The notes under the pieces: generated by a model
Told to the model about the DNA's origin: nothing
The model's database searches: none
Seen by the model: the letters and a program-made list of their open reading frames with translations, nothing else
NCBI RefSeq assembly: GCF_031769215.1
Contig: NW_026782188.1
Location: 1,736,001 to 1,800,000 of the forward strand
Direction of reading: 5' to 3'
DNA length: 64,000 nucleotides
DNA from: Ylistrum balloti
Taxonomy: Eukaryota
Program-made: the position numbers and the translations under genes
Part shown: positions 41,843-52,944 of the stretch, piece after piece
How the letters are laid out: every line of letters starts with the position of its first letter
Numbering within the stretch: position 1 is the stretch's first letter

Positions 41843-42440
41843 TGCTTATAGGTAAGCTAACTATACACGGAGAGGCTGTGTCAGCATAGTTAGTTAGTAT
41901 ACTTATAAGCTAACTATACATGGAGAGGCTGTGTCAGCATTGTTAGTTAGTGTACTTATAGGTATGCTAACTATACACAGAGAGGCTATGTCAGCATTGT
42001 TAGTTAGTGTACTTATAGGTATGCTAACTATACACAGAGAGGCTATGTCAGCATTGTTAGTTAGTGTACTTATAGGTAAGCTAACTATACACAGAGAGGC
42101 TGTGTCAGCATTGTTAGTGTACTTATAGGTATGCTAACTATACAGAGAGGCTGTGTCAGCATTGTTAGTGTACTTACAGGTATGCTAACCATACACAGAG
42201 AGACTGTGTCAGCATTGTTAGTGTACTTATAGGTATGCTAACTATACACAGAGAGGCTGTGTCAGCATTGTTAATTAGTGTACTTATAGGTAAGCTAACT
42301 ATACACAGAAAGGCTGTGTCAGCATTGTTAGTTAGTGTACTTATAGGTAAGCTAACTATACATAGAAAGGCTGTGTCAGCATTGTTAGTTAGTGTACTTA
42401 TAGGTATACTAACTATACACAGAAAGGCTATGTCAGCATT
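41843..42440. repeat. Tandem repeat, 57-bp unit (53-bp variants), about 11 copies
   Basis: Unit TAGGTAWGCTAACTATACACAGAGAGGCTGTGTCAGCATTGTTAGTTAGTGTACTTA; source of 19-aa-periodic ORFs. Confidence 0.96.
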
Positions 42441-44490
42441 GTTTAATCTATCTTTAGCCAACATAGAGGTCATGTCCATTGTGTGTCACTAGTTTGATCA
42501 ATGATGTATTGATTAATCTCAATTTTTACAATTCATATAAAACTAGTTATTTCTAAGCACTGTGTAAATAGTTGACACCCAAAAAATTGTCTGCAGCAAG
42601 AGTGGGACATCCAAATATTAATGAAATACAGTTGAGCACAATAGGTAATTTCATTTCAGATTATAACAAGGAAATTTGTTTGTGTGATTGGTTTTCTCTT
42701 AATACCCTTCACATCAAATGCAATAAGATTTTGTACTGTTTGATAGAGAAATATTGGCAGGTTGATCGATTTGTCTTGTTTGTGTGGATTTATCATTGGG
42801 TGAAGTAGAACCCTCATCCTATGAGAGATGTAGCTTGATTCATTCTGTCACCAGCTGTATCCACTTTTGGTTTAGTCTTATGCAGGAACACTCAATAATC
42901 TCTGCTCTGCTTCACCCTGAAAGCTGGAGTTTTATTATGTGTCATACATGTAATAAACTTGCATGGAGAAGGTACATATTTCTGTGGTTTTACTACAACC
43001 AATGTTTGGCTGAGTATATAAAAAGGAAGCAAATCAATAGTACAGTCTATGTATAGATTGATTCTTAGAAATGATTACCTAGTGGCACAAACTGCTCTAG
43101 AGCAGCCAAAAAACATCCCATTACAGATACATATGCAATCCATAACACAAACTGTAAAAAACAAAGAAGAAAATTGATTTCTAGATTCAGAAATAATGTC
43201 AGTCCTTTTTTGTGTAGAATTTAAAGCAAATGTATTTCTTTATCATAACTTGACATTTAAACACATTACTGTAGCCTGCTGGAGTTGAGGAAACCGGTTT
43301 AAGTTGGCACCATATAAATTCAAAAAGCAATTTCATAGCTGAAATTGTGACAAAGCCTCTTTAGATTCAGAGCAAGATGGATCTTCAAAACAGAAATGTG
43401 CTAGATGTTTTACATAGATTGAGAAGAAGATGAAATGGTGACATTAAAAAACAATATATGTGATGATTGAAAGAAAAAGATGATTCTTCACCTTTTTATC
43501 TGTAAGATATAGAAGTAACAAATTTTCTATTTTATTTTTTCATTTATCATTCTGTTTTTATTTTGGACAGATTTTTATAAGGTTATTTTTCACTTTGTCC
43601 TTTACAATGTATAGCAATTCTTCCAATATGAATCAATTTTTGAAATATTACAAATTATGAAGTAAATACTTTTATACAACATCAACTCAAGCTATAGGAG
43701 TGGCTTAAAAATTCCATTATAGACTCCATAATTAAAGGTCCACAAACTATATATAATCATTCTTTGTTTGAAAATAATTGGACTTAACTTCAAGTCTAAA
43801 TAATATGCTTTCTCCAAAACAAAGTAAACACAAAAGCAAGCAGTGCATGCAGTATCCCTTCCTAATAATCCTCTGTTATTTAGCTAGGATCACTTGTGTG
43901 AGGGTGTTTAGGGGAATACTGGTGGTACAACTGATTGAGATTGCCTTACACTGTACTAGATGACACATCTTTCATCTGTATACATATACCAGGTAACAAG
44001 AGAAATGTGTGATTATTAAACATGAAGCCGATCAGCTGTGAATGATGTACATGGTCTGCATGAAACCTTGGCATGAGCCAGCAGCTCTATACTTTATATA
44101 GATGACTGTAATTAACCACAAAAACACTATCACCAGCAGGTATATATCACACTTGATTGGATACAATTATAATGTGTTTGTTATTTTGTTTCTGACCACA
44201 TGGTCATCAAAGAGAAGTCAATGTCAAACCTTTGTTTCTTCATTCTAAATTTGTAGAGTTATTTCCCTTTGTAAACATTTATTGTAATTCATGGTAACAA
44301 CATGTTAGAAAGTGTATATAGTTCCTAATTCATGGAATCAATATAACATTCATAGGAAGAGAAAAATAACAATTATACAAATAGCCCTTTACTTTTACAT
44401 TTTGTAACAAACTTGTAAGGTAAAAATAGGCTTATTTGACACATTTTATTTTTACATTGGGATGACATCTAGCTTTGCACTAAAGGGAAT

Positions 44491-44563
44491 TTCTCTTTTA
44501 ACTCAATTTATAAAACAGTTTAACCTTGAGCCAGGGGTCAAGAGTTCAATCCCTGGCAGAGAC
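44491..44563 (+). mobile_element. Degenerate tRNA-like sequence (SINE head or tRNA pseudogene), 73 nt
   Basis: TAACTCAATTTATAAAACA (decayed A box/D arm), GGGGTCAAGAGTTCAATCCCTG (variable loop and T arm/B box), and TCTCT...AGAGA acceptor-stem remnant. Confidence 0.5.
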
Positions 44564-47500
44564 ACATTATCTGTTTCCTGTTACATTATATATAATGATA
44601 CATGAAGATTTCTGAAGCAGATTCCTACTTTAAGTTGTATATCCTAGTATGAAATGATTTGGATGTATTGATAATACTTATTTCATTAGCCTTGTAGAAC
44701 CTAGGCACTCTCATGGATCATGGATTCATATTCAAAACAACTCTGTGAAAGTGAACATAATTATCATGGACATATAATTCCCATGATAGGTTTTTGGAGT
44801 GGTATACCGCTTATATTTTTTATTGTATTGAGATGTACCAGGCCTTCCCATGTGTACTAGAGTTATCTAAAGGATGTAGTGGGTACTGGTATGTTACACA
44901 GACCACTGCAGTAACAGACATTTATATTCAAGATTTAACAGATTTATAAAATAAAGTGAGCAGAGAGAAATTTCCAAAATTCTCCAAAAAATCTTAATAT
45001 GCAATAGCACATGTGCATATTGTAAATAGTTCATCTGCAGACTTAATGTAATGTTTGGTAGAACTTAATAGGTTGAATGATCAGATAATGCTTGGAAACT
45101 TTCCAGGTAATATATTTTACACAAGGTCTGCAATCATTCAGTAAAAACAGTGATTAGCCAGATCTATCATATCTAATCCTAATAACATCTCTTTCTAGCA
45201 CGATTGCAGAATAGACCATAGTGAGACGGGAAAAATTCTATAACAATTTGTGTAATGCAGTTGTGTCTAGGACTTGTTGGAGCTAATGATAATTGAAAGC
45301 ATAGGACTAATAGAATAGCTCCATGCTTTACTTTGTTGTGTTACTTCCATTCAATACTTATATCCATCAGCATTAGTGGTGGTCAACCAACTGAGTTAGG
45401 CCTGGTCCTGCTGTGTTCAGGACAGATGGATTGGAGTCTGGATACAAGGTGATAGCTCATCCTGCTACTGTTCTCAGTATCTGACCTTGTTGTGTACAGG
45501 TAGAGGAGAAACTCCATAGCCTTTGGGTTTGATACCGATTGGATTTATTTTTGGCACAGAAGGTTTTTTTTTTAGAAAGGGATGGTATTGGCTTCTATGA
45601 TAGTTAACCCTGTTCTTTAGATTAACATTACGTCATGAACGTCTTAATCAGCGAGGAGATGTTGTCTTAATTCTTAATAATTAAAAACACACCCCGTCGA
45701 TGGGTGTCAGAAGGAAAGGTTTATTGGGAGATTAGATTTACTCCAGATAAGATCAGAAGTACACTTTGGTTTAGAAAGGTGTCAATCTTCCTTTAGGCTG
45801 GCAGGTCTGACCTGCCTGATCTTGGTGAAGGAATAAAGACCTTGCTTTTGCTACTAATGTGATAAATGTGGACAGATGTAGAGGATGCATTACCATATAT
45901 ACCAATATGCCATTCTGAACACTATCATTAAAGTACAGACCATCCAATATCACAAATGTTGATTTTGCATTTCCACATGTTGGAATAAAGTTAAAAAGAA
46001 TTCAATAGACGTTTATAGAAACTCTGATGTTTATTTTATTTGTACCTATTTCACAACTTGCAACAGTGGGCTTTAAAATGATATCTTCCTGTTTTATTGA
46101 TCTAATAATGATATTGATAGTCTAGATATTCATTAGTAGGTCTAAAGCTTCAAATTTATCTCAGTAATGTATTAAAGGCAGTATGGTGTGGTTTTGTGTG
46201 ATGATAATGTCATTATTGGATGCTGGGGGCCAATCTGGAGGTGTTCTTAACCCTTATACAGTCACTATATCAAACATAAAAGTCTTGATGTAATGTCTGA
46301 TTAGGGAGCTGTAGCAGGCAATGCTATGGACAAAGAACTCCTATTATATACAATAATGAGACACTAAGTTGATCAAGATACAGCTGAAATTATGTAAATA
46401 TGACAATGGCCTTAAAAAGTATGTGGCTTGTTACATATGTGTAGTTCAGCGGGGACCAGTTTCACCAGGGACCTGTACATTAACGCTTGGTGCATTGAGT
46501 ATGGTAGGAGATATAGCATATGATAGAGGGGGAGGCTGACAGGTACTCTACCACAGCTGTGGTTGATTCAACATACAGAAATAGCATAGCCATGATTTCC
46601 TTTGGCACAACAACTTGAGGTGTACCTATAGGTGATCTGTGGTGGGTCAGGCCTCCTTGTGTCTCCTTTGTGACGTCAGCTGATTGAAGACTGATGGAAA
46701 TCAAACATATCTTCAGAGGCCTCTCTCATTGTTTCATTATGTTCCTTGGTTTTTCTAATAACATATTTGCACTTGTAAATGTAGAGACTGTACCCATCTT
46801 CTGCAGTTCAGACCTTCAAGCATGGTCATATCACAAACAATCTTTGATTGACAGGCAAAGACCAGCCTATGATTTTAATCAAGAAAATTATCCTTGGTTC
46901 ACCAAAATTCAAAATTTGGATTTGAAAATCTGTTTTTTTAAGCTTCCTCATTGCCACCATCAGAATAAAAAGCCATAATGATAAATTTTGATATCTTTTA
47001 TTTATCAAGGGTTACACATTTAGTTAAAGTCTAGTTAACAACATTGCCCTGCATCAGCACAAATATACAAAGTGACTTATATAGTACATAAAAACATACC
47101 TATTGTATAGAAAACCAATGCCAAACTAATGTTCTGAGAAGGAAACTGCAGAGATAGCAACACTGCAAGCATTTCTAATATTTTCCATTTATCCCATTCA
47201 GTCAAACAGAATGTGTCTACACAACACTTGAGTACTCCCCATTTAAAATTTTGCTGTCCTGGAAAGATTCAAATACCAGTAATTTAATTTACATCATTCA
47301 AAGAAAATGAAGCAGTAATTCATTCTAAGCACCATATTGATCACTTAAGATATACTTGCAAGTAGTCTTACAAAACATCTTGTTGTTCATTACATTATGA
47401 CTTCTCTGATTTTAGGGGCGGACACTTATTGACAACCCTAAAATCGTTGGTCTAATGACATCATTACTTTAGTCATTGTCCATACCAGGGCTAATACATG

Positions 47501-50500
47501 GTAAATAGAGAGCTACATAGGAAGAGGTTACTTTCAGCTATACTGTATTCTATGTACCTGCCTACACATAAAAGTTAGAGATAAGATGCAATATATAGGA
47601 CAGTTGCCATGGTTTGCAAGCACATGAGTATGTATACAATGTAAAAACCTTCACGAAATGTGCATATACACACCAAGGCAAGGCAGTCCTAGTAAAAAAG
47701 CATCCAAATAGCAAGAGGTGCTATAGTTGTGTACCTTGATGCAGATAACCTGAGAAGATGTGTAATGTTTGCTCAATAACTTGGTATGGTCTTGTCTACA
47801 CCATCAACAGCAGTTGCCTATCATCCTATACTGTATCAGACTACATAAAAAAAACACTTCCACTAAAAAACCTTCTCTTCCAGAATTGGTGCTTCTTATT
47901 TTTTGTTTCAATCTGTTGCATTATTTTAAGATCTGAAGAGTTACATTTTCATGGCACCAACACCTTGTTTGCTTTAGATGTCAATAGTATTATACATTGT
48001 TGAAAGGAGATATATGATGTTAATGCCAGCTTATTGATATAATTATGTTTGAGATCCTGTTTAAGCTTCCAAGAATAAGGAAATTGAAGTAGATTATTAT
48101 TGGAACTTAATACACCTGAAGGTTTTCAGGAACTTAAAACTTACAAGTTTTATTTAGCCAGAACTATTTACGTTATTAAGATTGATTCAGTTTCCTTGGG
48201 AATATTTGATAATGTTGAGAAGCATGTTTTTCCTGTAGAATTGTTTATCCAAGCTGAACACTCAGACTCAGTTCACATCAGAATATTATCTTAGTCTTCT
48301 GGTATCCTGCCCATGTAAGTCTTTGGTTTGTTGGAAAAAAAATCAATTTTTGGCTGTAGATGAGTCATTGTGTACAGTCATATGGATTTGCATTACTAGA
48401 TCATCTTACACAAGATTTACTCAATAGTATGAACTGAAGTTCTCTTAGAAGTGTTTTGCTATGCAGAAGTTTTAATAAAATGGTTGTCAATGAAGTATTC
48501 TTAATTTAAAAAAAAAATTGTTTTGCTTTGACATTAGATTAATTAAATCGGAATTTAGGACCATAAACACTTTAAAGGTAACTTTCCCATGCAGAAGTAT
48601 CAATCAAATTCTCTTGTGATAATACAATAAATACTTTAGTAGTGTTAAATAGAAGTGACTTGATTGTATTCAGGGCATACAGTGTGGTATTATAATTAAA
48701 TTTTGTGAAGTCGGAGTTTGAAGCATCAGTGTGATGTAATACACCGCTAACTGATTAGAAATTTTGTTATTGTGACAGCTAAATCAAACGAAATTTCAAC
48801 TTTTCATGGATTTTTGTTAAAAACTATTTTACACTTGAAGATTTGGTATCATCAGCGATCATGTGTTTTCTTCCATTACTGTTACCTGTAAACCTTACAT
48901 ACTAGAGTTTGTATCTTTTCATCTTCTGTAATATTTACGTTTTTCAGATTTTAAAAAGTTCTAATTTAAGATTGGGAAAGATTTTTATTTACCTAAGTTC
49001 AAGCACAAGCTAATACAAGAACAAGGATTCAAAGATTCAGAGAATGAAAGTTTCAAATGTAACACGGTTTTGTTTCAAAATTAAATTTTAGCATTGAACC
49101 CCTGTTTACTATTTCCTGTTATTATTTTGTGCTTTAGAGAGTTTATGCTGCTAGGTTATATTCAACATTGAGTCGATGCAGACAAATCAATTCATCGTTA
49201 AATGATATACATAATGTAATGTGTATTATATGCCAAAACAGTTTTATCTAAATGTTGTACCAGAACTTAAACTAAAATGCATAGCCTATAAACCAAGGTG
49301 AATTCTGTCTGTTCTCTCCATCTGGGTGTTTATAAACACCCAACAGACAGAAATTTGATTTTCTTTTGTGGATTGGTTTTGAATGCGCAAGCAAGGCCTT
49401 GCCTGCATCATCAGAAAGCTTGGAAAAGTCAATAGCTAGTGGTTGTTACATCCTGTCTCCTAATCATTGTAATTATACACAGAACTAGAGCGCTAGGAGG
49501 AAATTACAAATTACAAAACTGTTGACCTGTGTATATATTGGTATTTCATTAAATGAAATTTTCTAATAATTCTTTTTAATTTTGCTAATTATGATATGTT
49601 TCTGTTTCTGTGAAACCTGTACACTATCATACATCAGACAGCACTAGATTTCATCTTTCAAACTTTTAGGCGATACAGATCAGATCACCTCAGTAAATCG
49701 GTGTCTTAAACCTCAATTTGCCTTCAGCTGGAAAAGCAAGTTAACTACCCTTAGAAATGTGAGTTGAAATGGGCAGAGCTGGCTGACAACAGGATGTAGG
49801 AGATTCACGAACCCCAATAACTGTTATTGTAGAGGACAAGCCAATGTGCCCTTGACATGACAACATAACATTGTTTTCTTTGATACCAAGGCTTTCTTCG
49901 TTTCCATTTTTTTTTCACTTTGATTAAAAGAAATAAAGAAAAGGGATTAAAAAAAAATTGAAACTTATTTATAGACCTGTAATGTCTTCTGAGTAGTCCG
50001 TGTAGAAGTCATCTTTTTTTTAGTCATTGAAGCTGTTTACATAATTATCCTCTATTACCTGGTATGTATTCTGTTCTGACAAATGTTTCACAACATTAAT
50101 AGCCCACAGGTGTAAACTAACATGGTTGTGGTCAGAGTACATGATGTCACAGAGTTGTCTGATTTCTAGTGAAAAACATACAATCCAATTAGCCTCTCTT
50201 ACAATCCTGACATGGGCATTCACAATATAGCATTCACATCAGAAAATATTGTTTGATCATCAAGTATTTGACTGATCAAATTATAACAGCTTTGTAGAAA
50301 CAGCAACATACTTCATTTGTTAACAAAAGGAAACAATTGACCCGTTCCAGTATGATTCATTGTCATTCTTTTTTATAGAAATTTTGTCAATAAAGGTTTC
50401 TGAAGAAAAAAACATAATCATAGATGAATCCGTTCATTGGGATTTTCTTCTAGTTCCAGTTTGCGACCATTGGTGTCTGATTACAAGTACCAATATATAA

Positions 50501-51375
50501 TTCTCCAGTAAATCGGTTATAGGCGAAGTCGCAGTTCAATCGCAAACTGGTATTTAGACCTGTCACTGTTGTGATTGATACGCCCTTCATTCTGTGTTAC
50601 CTTCCATTGTCATTACCAAGGTTTACAGAGCCAGTTCAAATTGGTTTCTCTCCTTCCACCAGACTATATTGCTGCTACTACTGTTAGCCATTGATGAAAT
50701 CGCAGTCAATCCTCCATCAACTTGGTCCTAAAGGAAAACATACAGACCACCATTTATAATTGATCTAAAGTGACCAATGCTGAGTTATTGTAGGAGAATG
50801 TTTTGTGCATTATGTTCATATGATTGAATCGTCTACATGTTAAAATAAATATTTCAGGAATTATTGTAAACTATTTCTAGGAACTTGTCAGAATTACATT
50901 AAGTGTCTAAAAATGTTCAGGCACTCTTTATATTGTTTAAACTTTATGTGTACTTAGTTTACTTTCTGTGATAAGATTTCAAGGAAAATTCTTGGAAACT
51001 TTGATCCTGTCTCTATTCTTCCATGATGTGAAAGCTTGATATGCAGCATTCTATCATAAGCCAATGAATGATCGATGAGCTGACAAATTGTCGTCAGTTT
51101 TTCATGATGAACTCACATTTTTGCTAACTCTAATGTAACGCTTGAATTATGCAATTGATTTTGTTTCCCTCCTACAAATCTAGGATATGATAAAAATTGG
51201 TTGTGCTTCATCAGATTGTATCAGTCATTCTGAGTCAGACCTCACACAACACATCATTTTGTTGCAGCATTTATCATACATGCAATTTTTATTTACTCAT
51301 CTTCTTTTCTTTTCTGAAAATAACAATGTTGTATGTGTAATTTCTACAATTATTTCTTACTTTGTATCATTTCAG

Positions 51376-51476
51376 ACAATTCATTAACGTGAAGATTTAC
51401 GATCATGAGGAATACGAGAAGAATGAAACTTTCTACATTGAACTTGAAACACCAGTCCTGTTAAAGAGAGGCTCAG
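51376..51476 (+). CDS. SLC8A (NCX): NCX coding exon (CBD2 Ca2+-binding loop; counterpart of vertebrate mutually exclusive exons A/B); phase 2 to phase 1, 101 nt
   Basis: Acceptor ttactttgtatcatttcAG. GA+A restores frame giving E-QFINVKIYDHEEYEKNETFYIELETPVLLKRGS-G, matching NCX1 exon A pattern KTISVKVIDDEEYEKNKTFFLEIGEP. Donor CAG|GTAAAA. Confidence 0.93.
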
Positions 51477-51974
51477 GTAAAAGCGTGTCCCTGTGTTTTT
51501 TCCCCTCCCACACATATATCTATAGAATCATGGCATCGTTAGTATTAGTATATGTCCTGCATTAAAGTTCAACAAAGAAAATTAATGCAAGATATCATAA
51601 AGTGCATAATGAATTATATATCTATATATATATATATATATCATTTTATGTACATATCAGATACCTGTACAGAAACAGCAACAACTTTTATTGCACATAA
51701 TTTAGCTTCGACACAAATTGCTAGCTTACTCCCCTTTTTGATTTTGTTTTTTTATCTATGACTATAGTTGTTTATGCTATTGTTTTCTTGAAAATTGTTT
51801 TATTTAATTAGATAGCTTTGTTTTACAGGATTATAGTGAAAGAATAGATTTTATTTCTGGTCACTTGATGCTAGCAAAAATTTGTATCTTGAAATGATTA
51901 TATAACAGAATGTAAACTGATTTGCTGGTAAATGATGTCATTAAGCATCTATGTTACATAGCTTTTGTTTATAG

Positions 51975-52128
51975 CGATGACACTGTGTCCATTAAAGGAC
52001 ACAATGAACTGCTGTTTGTGGACATAGAGATGCCGCCAATGCAACACCAAAACTGTACCCTTACACCGACTCTACCATCAAATTTCTTGCTAATTGTGAA
52101 ATTATTCTTATACACTAATGCCAATTAA
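51975..52128 (+). other. Candidate alternative or relic paralog of the 51376 exon
   Basis: Acceptor cttttgtttatAG. In phase 2 it reads D-DDTVSIKGHNELLFVDIEMP, similar to E-QFINVK...NETFYIELETP. No good donor. Confidence 0.3.
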
Positions 52129-52274
52129 CTGAAAAGATATTTTCAGTTAAGTTACTGGTATATATATGTACATCTAAAATTATTAGCAGTTTTGTTTCAA
52201 ACTTGTAAATTATACAAATAATCCACATGTTCTTGAACATGCAGCAAGATTAATGGCATTGTCCTGTACATAAG

Positions 52275-52790
52275 TTTTTAGTCAAACATCATCGGATGAT
52301 GATGGTATACTGTTCAAATCACCTTGCATCCATGGTCCTTAAACAATTTTTGTTATCTCTATTTCTTGAGAAGTGCTGGATGGATTTTTTTTCAAATTTC
52401 TGATAAAGTTCTCTTGGTCCCATGTTCTGCCTTTTTAACTTTAAACTGAGTAGAAAAATTAAAGGCTGATACATGATCATCTTGGATTTTGACAGTAGAA
52501 AATTGATTCTGACTATTTCTTAAGAAGTTCTGGGTGCATCATTCTCAAATTTCTTGTGTAGGCTCCCCATGGTCCCTTCTTGTGTATTAATAATGAGAAC
52601 GATGAGAAAGACAAAATGGGCGACATGCAGGAGGCAGTCTTTTAACAGTTATAGGTTGTGTTTGCTTTCCTGAGAAGTCTCGCTGAATTGATGATGCGTC
52701 CTTAAATTTGGTTTTTGTTGTGTAAAAGCAAAATGGCCAACAAGTGCCCATCTTTGATTTTGACAAATGGAAAATGGATGAATTCTCTTG
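52275..52790. mobile_element. Decayed element with internal ~160-bp repeats (pearl/HINE-like non-autonomous Helentron of bivalves, tentative)
   Basis: CT(A)TTTC(T)TGAGAAGT...CAAATTTC...TGGTCCC block recurs at about 52360, 52515 and 52665. CATCTT(G/T)GATTTTGACA recurs at about 52480 and 52750. Family assignment is from recollection of bivalve repeats, not a search. Confidence 0.45.
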
Positions 52791-52944
52791 TCAATGCAAC
52801 AAATAGTTAAAAGCAAATATGTATAATGTAAAAAGAGTTAAGAAGGGAAAATATCAAATTCACATAGAAGCAATAAAGATCAAACAGTCAAGATCATGAA
52901 AAATGATTAACTTCTCACAGAAAAAAAAGTCTTAAGACATTTAC

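Larger units (their letters stand above)
15115..51375 (+). other. 36.3-kb intron between coding exons (may hide alternative exons)
   Basis: GT...AG bounded; phases of flanking exons match; no other long non-repetitive ORF. Confidence 0.8.

Noticed and set aside
41843-42492. 19-aa periodic ORFs and CRISPR-like look
   Set aside because: Head-to-tail satellite without spacers; ORFs are repeat artefacts.
44491-44563. Functional tRNA gene (also considered for 27211-27290)
   Set aside because: Stems and A/B boxes are degenerate and SINE-like bodies follow; annotated as decayed SINE or pseudogene.
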